A stretch of DNA of 39,010 nucleotides from Patescibacteria group bacterium (GTDB lineage Bacteria; Patescibacteriota; Minisyncoccia; UBA10092), in contig JBDRMC010000007.1 in the NCBI GenBank assembly GCA_043812515.1, positions 1 through 39,010 on the forward strand, given 5' to 3'. The notes below the pieces were generated by a model. It was not told the DNA's origin. It saw only the letters and a program-made list of their open reading frames with translations, and did not search any database. Shown here in pieces: positions 21,058 to 28,434 of the stretch (position 1 is its first letter; each line of letters begins with the position of its first letter). The translations under genes and the position numbers were made by a program.

Positions 21058-22227
21058 ATGATACAAAAACAAGCAGACAAACCTTTATTGGAAGCGGAAA
21101 TGACCTTTAACGGCCTGGGAATAATCCCGGGTCTTCTTGATGTGATTTCAAGATTAGGATTTAAAACCCCAACTTCAATACAACATAAAACAATCCCCGC
21201 GGCTATTGAAGGTAAAGATATTATTGGCATAGCTCAAACGGGCACGGGCAAAACTTTGGCTTTTGGCATTCCTTTGATTCAGCAAATTTTAAAAACAGGA
21301 AAAGGAAAAGGGTTGATTATATTGCCAACCCGCGAATTGGCTTTGCAAATAAATGAGACCATACAAAAAATAGGGAAGGGATTCGGCATAAAAACAGCCG
21401 TGTTAATTGGCGGGGAATCTATTCACCATCAAATACAAACAATCCGCGGCAATCCTCATGTTATTATTGGCACTCCGGGAAGAATTGTTGACCACATCGG
21501 TCAAAGAACTCTAAATTTACATGATGTTAAAATTTTGATTTTTGATGAAGCCGACAGAATGTTTGATATGGGTTTTGCTCCGGAGATAAACAAAATATTG
21601 CAAGTAGTCCCCAAGGACAGGCAGACCATGTTGTTTTCGGCAACAATGCCGGATGGCATTGTGAAAATTGCCGGAAATCACATGAAGCTCCCCGTCAGGG
21701 TAGAAATAGCTCAATCCGGAACTACCGCTGAAAATATTGAACACGAGCTTTTTGTTGTTAAAAAAAACCAGAAAATTCAGCTATTAAGAAAAATACTTGA
21801 AGAGTACAAGGGAAGTGTTTTGGTTTTTTTAAGAATTAAATTTGGCGCAAGGAGAATTTGTAAAGATTTGCATAATATTGGAATTTCCGCGGCAGAAATC
21901 CATTCCAACAGGTCTCTCGGTCAAAGAAAAGAGGCGTTAGAAGGGTTCAAGCTCGGCAAATATAGGGTACTCGTGGCGACCGATATTGCTTCACGCGGTA
22001 TAGATGTAAAGGGTATTGAATTGGTCATTAATTTTGACCTTCCCGAAAACTCGGAAGATTATGTCCATCGTATTGGAAGAACCGGCAGAGCCGGCATGAA
22101 TGGCAAAGCCATTTCCTTTGTTTTGCCGGAGCAAGGGTCTAAAGTCAGGGAGATTGAAAAATTAACCAGACTTCGCTTGCCTGTTTCAAAATTACCCAAT
22201 CTTTCATCTTATGACAGAAGAAGATAA
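21058..22227 (+). CDS. DEAD-box ATP-dependent RNA helicase
   Basis: AQTGTGKT, PTRELA, DEAD, SAT, HRIGRTGRAG. Confidence 0.95.
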   Translation: MIQKQADKPLLEAEMTFNGLGIIPGLLDVISRLGFKTPTSIQHKTIPAAIEGKDIIGIAQTGTGKTLAFGIPLIQQILKTGKGKGLIILPTRELALQINETIQKIGKGFGIKTAVLIGGESIHHQIQTIRGNPHVIIGTPGRIVDHIGQRTLNLHDVKILIFDEADRMFDMGFAPEINKILQVVPKDRQTMLFSATMPDGIVKIAGNHMKLPVRVEIAQSGTTAENIEHELFVVKKNQKIQLLRKILEEYKGSVLVFLRIKFGARRICKDLHNIGISAAEIHSNRSLGQRKEALEGFKLGKYRVLVATDIASRGIDVKGIELVINFDLPENSEDYVHRIGRTGRAGMNGKAISFVLPEQGSKVREIEKLTRLRLPVSKLPNLSSYDRRR

Positions 22228-22259
22228 ATTTGACAAATCGCATAGAAATATGCGATTTT
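22228..22259 (+). terminator. Terminator module ATTTGACAAATCGCATAGAAATATGCGATTTT, copy 1
   Basis: AATCGCATA/TATGCGATT 9-bp stem plus T-run. The identical 32 bp recur at 27273-27304. Confidence 0.8.
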
Positions 22260-22317
22260 GATTTATCAATGTTTTGAGTTTTCAGGTCTTTTACAAATAC
22301 AAAGAGAGGAGAAAGCC

Positions 22318-22941
22318 GTGATAATAATCTTTGATTGCGATGGCGTTCTGCGGTCGGCGAGTTGGGAGGGGCTTTACATGGCCTATATAAAACTTATCGA
22401 AACCCACGGAAAAAAATATACGGATTATTTTACCGATTTAGAAAGCTTTATGGCTTGGTGGCACCCGGATTGGCACAGAAATAATAAAAAATTGGGTTTG
22501 CCACTGTATAAAACGGAAGAAATCGACACGATATTTCACGAAGTTTACGATTCGTACATTCATTTTTTTAAGTGGGCGCCGGAAATCTTGCGAGAACTCC
22601 ACCGTAAACATCTGCTTACTCTGCTGACATCGTCCGCGGAAAGTTCGGTCCGAAAATTTCTGGCTGGCGCGAACAAATATTTTGAATGTGTAATCGGCTG
22701 CGAGCGCGTGAAAAAATTAAAACCGAACCCGGAAGGCATTCATCTGATAATGCGAAAATTTCCCGATGTTTCCGAAGAGGAATTTATTTTAATCGGCGAC
22801 ATGGATGTTGACATTCAAGCCGGAAAAAACGCCGGAATAAAAACTGGGGCAGTAAGCTGGGGGTTCGGCGTAAAAGAAGAACTTTTATCGCTCAACCCGG
22901 ATATGTTTTTCGACACTCCGGAAGATTTGTTGAAAATATAA
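22318..22941 (+). CDS. HAD-superfamily hydrolase (phosphoglycolate-phosphatase-like). GTG start at 22318.
   Basis: Motif I IIFDCDGVL, motif II LLTSS, motifs III/IV K...GDMDVD. Shine-Dalgarno AGGAG 6 nt before the GTG. Confidence 0.85.
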   Translation: MIIIFDCDGVLRSASWEGLYMAYIKLIETHGKKYTDYFTDLESFMAWWHPDWHRNNKKLGLPLYKTEEIDTIFHEVYDSYIHFFKWAPEILRELHRKHLLTLLTSSAESSVRKFLAGANKYFECVIGCERVKKLKPNPEGIHLIMRKFPDVSEEEFILIGDMDVDIQAGKNAGIKTGAVSWGFGVKEELLSLNPDMFFDTPEDLLKI

Positions 22942-22947
22942 ATTATA

Positions 22948-22968
22948 CCGCCCTCCGGGCGGTTTTTT
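22948..22968 (+). terminator. Rho-independent terminator
   Basis: CCGCCC-TCC-GGGCGG followed by TTTTTT. Confidence 0.85.
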
Positions 22969-22975
22969 CTTTTCT

Positions 22976-23002
22976 AAATATAGGTGTCCGACACCTATAT
23001 TT
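22976..23002. repeat. 27-bp perfect palindrome AAATATAGGTGTC-C-GACACCTATATTT, copy 1
   Basis: Identical copy at 30134-30160. Confidence 0.85.
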
Positions 23003-23056
23003 GGTGGATATCTATACTTGCCTTCAAATTGAAAGGTGGTAAAATTAAATAAAAAC

Positions 23057-23350
23057 ATGGAAACACCTGTAGAAGCACCTAAAAAAGAAATTTTAATAAT
23101 AGCCGCGGTTGTTTTAGTAATCGGTTTAGCTGTCGGAGGTTATTTTTGGTGGGATAGCTGGAAAAACTCCATTTCCTCGGGAATTCAAACTTTGGAAAAC
23201 ATTGGAGGAACGGCGGACAAAATAACCGAAAGCGCGACAAAGGGCGTCTTGCCGTCGATAGGAATAAATCCTTTGGAAAGCAAGCCCGATGTCAATCCGG
23301 CCGACAAAGCCAACCCTTTTAAAAATATTATAACCAACCCATTTCAATAA
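23057..23350 (+). CDS. Signal-anchored hypothetical protein (start 23057 ATG or 23036 GTG)
   Basis: One TM helix (ILIIAAVVLVIGLAVGGYFWW); low-complexity ectodomain. Confidence 0.6.
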   Translation: METPVEAPKKEILIIAAVVLVIGLAVGGYFWWDSWKNSISSGIQTLENIGGTADKITESATKGVLPSIGINPLESKPDVNPADKANPFKNIITNPFQ

Positions 23351-23351
23351 T

Positions 23352-24644
23352 ATGAAAACAAAATATTTTATTGGTTTTATTGTTATAAGTTTGGCGCTGG
23401 CCGGTTCGGTGGCGTGGGCGCAAAATGTCCAATATCCGGTTAAAGAATTAGGGGATTGCAAAGATAAATCCGCTTGTAAAACCTATTGCGATAAATCAGA
23501 AAACGCGGAGGCCTGCGTAAATTTTGCCGAAGAGAATAACTTAATGTCTAAAGAGGAAATCAAGGTGGCCAAAAAATTTATGGCGGCGGGCAATAAAGGC
23601 CCGGGCGGTTGCAATGGTAAAGATAATTGTGAAAATTTTTGCAACGACATAGCCAATATTGATGAATGCGTCGCTTTTGCCGAAAAAAATAATTTAATGT
23701 CTGCAGGAGAATTGGATGAGGCCAAAAAAGTCCAAGCCGCAATCAGAAGAGGAGTGAAACCACCTTCTTGCGGCAATAAAAAACAATGCGATATCTACTG
23801 CGAAGAGTCGGAGCATATGGAAGAATGTATCGCTTTTGGCATAGAAGCGGGCTTTATCCAGGGGAAAGAACTTGAAGATGTTCAAAAAATGTTGGCTGCC
23901 GTCAAAAGAGGAATAAAACCGCCTCCTTGCAAGGGCAAAGAAGCATGCGATATTTATTGTTCAAGCCCGGACAATATGGAAGTGTGTATGAATTTCGCTA
24001 TAGAGGCCGGTTTTATGAATGAAAGTGAAAAAGCCGACTCTCAAAAAATGCTTGGGGCGCTTAAAAAAGGAGTCAAACCGCCTAATTGCCGCGGCAAAGA
24101 TGAATGCGACGCCTATTGTTCACAGGATCAACATTTTGATGAATGCACCAAATTTGCCGAAGCGGCCGGGTTTATGACTTCAGAAGAAGCAGTAATGGCT
24201 CGCAAGACCGGAGGCAAAGGCCCAGGCGGCTGTAAAGGAAAAGACGAGTGTGAAGCTTTTTGCAATAATCCCAATAATCAAGAAACATGTTTTAATTTCG
24301 GCAAAGAAAACGGAATGATTCCGGAAGCGGATTTAAAGAAAATAGAAAAGGACAGACTCAATCGGAAATTTCAGCCGGCTCCCGGCGCGGTAAATCCGGG
24401 CGGCCAAATAATGCCTCAACAAGCCGGCCCTAAACCCAATGAGCAAATGCCACCTCAAGAGAATCGAGAAAGAATGATGCCTAGAGAAAATGGACCGGGA
24501 GCGGGCGGGGGAACCGCGCCTGGGGAATTTGTCCCCATGCAACCGCGAATAGAACAAACAGCTCCCGCGCCAGCTCCAGAGCCTCAAACATTGCTTAAAT
24601 ATTCGCCTTTCGGTGTAATTTTGAAGTTTTTCTTAGGCCAATAA
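23352..24644 (+). CDS. Secreted protein with six tandem ~45-aa four-cysteine repeats and a Pro/Gln-rich tail
   Basis: Signal peptide. Repeat pattern C-x5-C-x3-C-x8-C then F(A/G)xxxG(F/L)M, six times. C-terminal P/Q/G-rich region. Confidence 0.8.
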   Translation: MKTKYFIGFIVISLALAGSVAWAQNVQYPVKELGDCKDKSACKTYCDKSENAEACVNFAEENNLMSKEEIKVAKKFMAAGNKGPGGCNGKDNCENFCNDIANIDECVAFAEKNNLMSAGELDEAKKVQAAIRRGVKPPSCGNKKQCDIYCEESEHMEECIAFGIEAGFIQGKELEDVQKMLAAVKRGIKPPPCKGKEACDIYCSSPDNMEVCMNFAIEAGFMNESEKADSQKMLGALKKGVKPPNCRGKDECDAYCSQDQHFDECTKFAEAAGFMTSEEAVMARKTGGKGPGGCKGKDECEAFCNNPNNQETCFNFGKENGMIPEADLKKIEKDRLNRKFQPAPGAVNPGGQIMPQQAGPKPNEQMPPQENRERMMPRENGPGAGGGTAPGEFVPMQPRIEQTAPAPAPEPQTLLKYSPFGVILKFFLGQ

Positions 24645-24680
24645 TTGCGGAAACAATCGGTAATGGAGTAGTATTCCGCC

Positions 24681-25811
24681 ATGGAACCGTTGGCGTCAAA
24701 AATCAGGCCTAAAACCTTGGAGGAATTCGTCGGACAGGAACATCTGGCCGGTGAAAACAGGCCTTTAAACATCGCCATAAAACGAAAACATTTGTTTTCG
24801 TTTATTTTCTGGGGCCCTCCGGGAACCGGAAAAACAACATTGGCGAAAATATACGCCAACAGCTTAAACGCGAAAATCTACGAACTGTCGGCGGTCTCGG
24901 CCGGAAAAAACGATGTCAAAAAAATATTGGATGAAGATTCGGGAGGAATTCCCAAAGTTTTATTTTTGGACGAAATTCACCGCTTCAATAAATCCCAGCA
25001 GGACTTTCTGCTTCCTTATGTCGAGAAGGGGGAAATAACTTTAATCGGCGCCACCACCGAAAACCCGAGTTTTGAAGTGATACCGCCTTTGCTTTCCCGG
25101 TGTCGGGTTTTTGTTCTGAATGAACTTTCGGAAGACAACATGAAGGCCATTATAAAACGAACCGGGCTGGAAATGGATGAGGAAGCGGAGAATTGGCTGG
25201 TGAATATGGCCAATGGCGATGCCCGGCAGGCGCTCACTATGCTGGAAAATACCAGCGAACTTTACAAAATAATCACAGTAGAAAATTTAAAAAATACCCT
25301 CCAGTCAAAGTTTTTAAGATACGATAAAAAAGGGGAGGAGCACTACAACACTATTTCCGCTTTTATCAAAAGCATGAGAGCCGGCCAGCCGGACGCGGCT
25401 TTGTATTATATGGCGCGGATGATTGATTCCGGCGAGGACCCCAAATTCATAGCCAGAAGAATGGTTATTTTCGCTTCAGAAGATATTGGGCTGGCGGTGC
25501 CGACAGCGCTGGTGGTGGCAAATGATGTTTTTCGGGCCGTGGAAACAATCGGATTGCCCGAATGCGGAATCAACCTGGCGCACGGCGTGGCCTATCTGTG
25601 CCAATGTAAAAAAGACCGGAGCGCCCATGATGGATATATGGAAGCGATGGAAGATGTGAAAAAATTCGGCAACTTGCCCATTCCTTTAAACTTGCGCAAT
25701 CCAGAAACAAAACTGATGGAGGATTTGGGTTATGGCGAAGGATATGAAAAATATTCCCAAGAATCTTATCTCCCCGACAAATTAAAAAATAAAAAATATT
25801 TGAAGAAATAG
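24681..25811 (+). CDS. rarA: Replication-associated recombination protein A (AAA+ ATPase)
   Basis: [43 protein letters not shown], MgsA C-terminal domain [13 protein letters not shown]. Confidence 0.92.
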   Translation: MEPLASKIRPKTLEEFVGQEHLAGENRPLNIAIKRKHLFSFIFWGPPGTGKTTLAKIYANSLNAKIYELSAVSAGKNDVKKILDEDSGGIPKVLFLDEIHRFNKSQQDFLLPYVEKGEITLIGATTENPSFEVIPPLLSRCRVFVLNELSEDNMKAIIKRTGLEMDEEAENWLVNMANGDARQALTMLENTSELYKIITVENLKNTLQSKFLRYDKKGEEHYNTISAFIKSMRAGQPDAALYYMARMIDSGEDPKFIARRMVIFASEDIGLAVPTALVVANDVFRAVETIGLPECGINLAHGVAYLCQCKKDRSAHDGYMEAMEDVKKFGNLPIPLNLRNPETKLMEDLGYGEGYEKYSQESYLPDKLKNKKYLKK

Positions 25812-25871
25812 GCCAAATGGGAGTATTATTAAATAGAGATCTTTGAAAATAATATAAGGAGGTGATTTCCA

Positions 25872-26636
25872 ATGAGGCAAAAAACAGCGCATCTTTTTAT
25901 TTTTCTTTTGGTTTTATTTTTTCTTTCAGTTGAGATTGCGATGGCCGAAGCGAGTATACCGGAAGTGAAGAAACTACAGGCTGAATTTGAAAAAATTGTC
26001 GGATTCAAATTAACACTGGAAGAAAATTATTTACAGTTAGTTCTAGAAGACGCTATCAGAAAAATTTTAAGCATTAAAGAAAATGGCCATTCTCAATTTT
26101 TTATTTATATTGATCGTAATCCTGAAGAGCAAGTTATTCTGGTTTGTTTTTTCGATTCAGCGCGCAAAAGTATAACCGTCATCGGCGCCGATAAAATTTC
26201 CACCGGCAATCAGAATCGGCGAGGTTATTTTATTACTCCAGTTGGTATTTTTGAGCACGCAACTAAAAATGGTGGTTATCGGGCCTTGGGTACCAAAAAC
26301 GAAAAAGGCTGGCGGGGGCTTGGCGCCAAAGACAGCCGCATTTGGGATTTTGGCTGGCAAAAAACCCACAAAAACAATCAAGAAATTGAAATCCGGCTTT
26401 TACTGCACGCCACCGATCCGATTTTTGGGGAATCAAGATTAGGCAAGGTTGATTCCAAAGGATGTATCCGCGTCTCGGGCAAACTAAATAAATTTTTAGA
26501 CCATTTTGGCTTGCTGGACCGAGAATATGAAATTAATAAAGACAAAAAATCAATTGCTTGGTTGCTAAAATCCGATCGCGAACCCTCAATATTCGCGGGC
26601 AAATATATGCTGGTAGGCGATTCGTCGAAGCGGTGA
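25872..26636 (+). CDS. L,D-transpeptidase (YkuD) family protein, secreted
   Basis: Signal peptide. Catalytic-type motif LLHATDP...LGKVDSKGCIRVS. Shine-Dalgarno AAGGAGGTGA. Confidence 0.7.
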   Translation: MRQKTAHLFIFLLVLFFLSVEIAMAEASIPEVKKLQAEFEKIVGFKLTLEENYLQLVLEDAIRKILSIKENGHSQFFIYIDRNPEEQVILVCFFDSARKSITVIGADKISTGNQNRRGYFITPVGIFEHATKNGGYRALGTKNEKGWRGLGAKDSRIWDFGWQKTHKNNQEIEIRLLLHATDPIFGESRLGKVDSKGCIRVSGKLNKFLDHFGLLDREYEINKDKKSIAWLLKSDREPSIFAGKYMLVGDSSKR

Positions 26637-26707
26637 GATCATATCAACCCGCTTTTTATTTTTATTTTACAATCCCGGCCAAATGGGGTATTGTTAAAAC
26701 GAAGTTT

Positions 26708-27271
26708 ATGAATAAAAAACTAATCACAATTATCATAGTAATTATTGCGATCGCCGCCGCTGGCGCGGTGGCATGGTGGCAACTGGCGAAAAAAGAAGCA
26801 CTGACTCCTGTTTTGAATCCTCCGGCGACAAAAGACGACCTTATCCGTCTTGATGCTCCGCGTCCGGGTCAGGTTATAAAAAGCCCGCTTGTTATTACCG
26901 GAGAAGCGCGGGGTAACTGGTTTTTTGAAGCGAGTTTTCCGGTTTTTCTGGTAAACTGGGACGGACTTATAATCGCGGAAGGCATCGCCACCGCAAAAGA
27001 TAATTGGATGACGACAGAATATGTTCCGTTTGAAGCCAAGCTTGATTTTACAATAGATAAAAACACATATAGCAACAGGGGAGCGCTGATATTAAAAAAA
27101 GACAACCCATCCGGCCTGCCTGAAAATGATAATGCGCTTGAAATCCCGATAATCTATGAGGGGATTGCGGAACCTCCCGCCACAGCTTGCACCCAAGAAG
27201 CCAAACAATGTCCCGACGGCTCCTACGTCGGCCGCACCGGCCCGAATTGCGAATTCACGCCCTGCCCGTAA
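26708..27271 (+). CDS. Signal-anchored Gmad2-like immunoglobulin-fold protein with a Cys-rich C-terminus. The ATG at 26708 is preferred over the track start at 26558.
   Basis: MNKKLITIIIVIIAIAAAG anchor. PLVITGEARGNWFFEASFPVFLVNWDG pattern. C-terminal CTQEAKQCPDGSYVGRTGPNCEFTPCP. Confidence 0.7.
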   Translation: MNKKLITIIIVIIAIAAAGAVAWWQLAKKEALTPVLNPPATKDDLIRLDAPRPGQVIKSPLVITGEARGNWFFEASFPVFLVNWDGLIIAEGIATAKDNWMTTEYVPFEAKLDFTIDKNTYSNRGALILKKDNPSGLPENDNALEIPIIYEGIAEPPATACTQEAKQCPDGSYVGRTGPNCEFTPCP

Positions 27272-27272
27272 C

Positions 27273-27304
27273 ATTTGACAAATCGCATAGAAATATGCGA
27301 TTTT
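27273..27304 (+). terminator. Terminator module, copy 2 (identical to 22228-22259)
   Basis: Same 32 bp; similarity continues for about 12 bp downstream (TTGATT.A.CAA). Confidence 0.8.
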
Positions 27305-27327
27305 TGATTAGCAAATATGGTTCTTAC

Positions 27328-27611
27328 GCAGGGAGCCAAAAAACGATGCCTCAAGGAATGCCTCAAGAGAGAAGACTTGCTTGCGCCTTGTTGATGGTGA
27401 AGTAATTCGCGTTCAGGTGGAGCGCGAAATTGGAGGATGAGTTCACCAATGGTATAGATGTCTTCCAGGAGATGTTACTTGTCGCAGTGACGGCATAACA
27501 TCGTTCCAAAGGAAAGCCAAGGTGCAAAAAAGGGCTTACCGATAAGGGGACGCCCATACCAACTTTCCTCTCCCTGCAATAAAATATTACCCCCGCTTAG
27601 CGGGGGTTTTT
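27328..27611 (+). ncRNA. Candidate structured non-coding RNA ending in an intrinsic terminator (class unknown)
   Basis: No credible ORF in any frame. Visibly more GC-rich than other intergenic DNA here. Hairpins at 27396-27447 and 27471-27502. Possible long-range pairs 27450-27455/27556-27561 and 27328-27335/27570-27577. Terminator at 27590-27611. Confidence 0.35.
27590..27611 (+). terminator. Rho-independent terminator CCCCCGC-TTA-GCGGGGG plus TTTTT
   Basis: 7-bp GC stem and T-run. The same stem-loop recurs at 31029-31043. Confidence 0.85.
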
Positions 27612-27654
27612 ATTTACAACTTTAGCCAAATTAGCTAAAGTACTTAAAACGGCT

Positions 27655-28179
27655 ATGAAAAGTAAAGAAAACAATTTTGCATACATTGATGGCGCTAACC
27701 TACATAAGGGTGTAGCAGAATTAGGTTGGAAATTGGATTATAGGCGATTTCGCGTGTGGTTACGGGATAAATACAATGTTCAAAACGCATATCTTTTCAT
27801 TGGCCTTGTTCCAGACAATAAAGATCTATATACGAGCTTGCAGGAAATGGGTTATTTGCTGGTATATAAAGAAGTAACTTATGACGGCACTGGAAAAGTA
27901 AAAGGCAATTGTGACGCCGAACTAGTGCTTAAAGTTGCTGTAGATTATTATGAAAAGCAATTTAATAAAGCGGTTATTGTGGCAAGCGATGGCGATTACG
28001 CTTGTTTGGTTAAGTTCTTGAAAGAAAAGAGCGCGTTTCTATCTTTGGTTTCTCCCAGCAACAAATGTTCTTATCTTTTAAGAAAGTTAAACATTCCTAT
28101 TGTTTATTTAGATGCGAAGAAAAGTAAGTTTGATCGACAGGTTTATAACGAAAAAGCCCCCATTAAGGACAAGCCTTAA
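27655..28179 (+). CDS. NYN-domain (LabA/PIN-like) putative ribonuclease, paralog 1
   Basis: FAYIDGANL, ELGWKLDYRRFRVWL, LFIG, KGNCDAELV, ASDGDY: NYN/LabA-type motif set. Confidence 0.8.
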   Translation: MKSKENNFAYIDGANLHKGVAELGWKLDYRRFRVWLRDKYNVQNAYLFIGLVPDNKDLYTSLQEMGYLLVYKEVTYDGTGKVKGNCDAELVLKVAVDYYEKQFNKAVIVASDGDYACLVKFLKEKSAFLSLVSPSNKCSYLLRKLNIPIVYLDAKKSKFDRQVYNEKAPIKDKP

Positions 28180-28191
28180 CAGGGTCTTTTT
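28151..28191. terminator. Bidirectional hairpin overlapping the NYN-1 stop codon
   Basis: CCCATTAAGG-ACAAG-CCTTAACAGGG stem with an A-run upstream and a T-run downstream. Confidence 0.6.
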
Positions 28192-28206
28192 CATAATGAT
28201 ATTTAC

Positions 28207-28234
28207 AGTATAGCAAGCGTTTGCTAAAAGTCAA
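28207..28234 (-). promoter_or_regulatory. Conserved minus-strand promoter-like box: TTGACT, 16-nt spacer, TATACT, pointing into the NYN-1 3' end
   Basis: Both hexamers and their flanks are conserved with 28986-29013 while 7 nt of spacer differ. Confidence 0.5.
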
Positions 28235-28274
28235 CACTTATCCACAATGATAAATTTATTAAAATTCCTAAACC

Positions 28275-28352
28275 ATGCTCTCAATTTTAATAATAATCGG
28301 GGTGGTGGTTGTGGGGATTATTGTCGCCATCATCATCAATTCCGGCGAATAA
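28275..28352 (+). CDS. 25-aa hydrophobic peptide MLSILIIIGVVVVGIIVAIIINSGE
   Basis: ATG..TAA. Paralog at 29466-29546, differing by 6 synonymous and 4 conservative substitutions. A strong terminator follows. Confidence 0.55.
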   Translation: MLSILIIIGVVVVGIIVAIIINSGE

Positions 28353-28395
28353 TAACACTCCAACATTCTGCAGAATGTGAGAATGTTATTTTTTA
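28351..28395 (+). terminator. Rho-independent terminator
   Basis: AATAACA/TGTTATT outer stem, inner 16-nt perfect palindrome ACATTCTGCAGAATGT, then TTTT. Confidence 0.8.
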
Positions 28396-28434
28396 TTCTG
28401 TAGAGAATTTGTTAAAATAAAATAAAACAAAAAC

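Noticed and set aside
26558-26707. Upstream extension of the Gmad2-like ORF overlapping the L,D-transpeptidase gene
   Set aside because: The ATG at 26708 gives a typical signal-anchor N-terminus (MNKKLITIIIVII...). The extension is basic and low-complexity with no start context.
27503-27545. Similarity of GTTCC-AAA-GGAAAGCCAAGG to the SRP RNA domain IV motif, and of GGAAAGCC / AAGGGCTTAC to RNase P conserved regions
   Set aside because: The loop is not a GNRA tetraloop and the AGCA symmetric-loop bases are missing. The two RNase P-like strings are about 25 nt apart instead of about 300 nt. These are short chance resemblances.
27187-27557. Track ORFs 27187-27405 (+) and 27363-27557 (-)
   Set aside because: The first overlaps the end of a real gene and runs through its terminator. 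The second has no Shine-Dalgarno or promoter and an implausible composition. The region is better explained as non-coding.
28109-28194. 28-aa minus-strand ORF (MKKTLLRLVLNGGFFVINLSIKLTFLRI) within the predicted antisense RNA of NYN copy 1
   Set aside because: The ATG and the frame are not conserved in copy 2 (ATCACCAACGG instead of ATCATTATG), and the ORF would have to read through the terminator hairpin.
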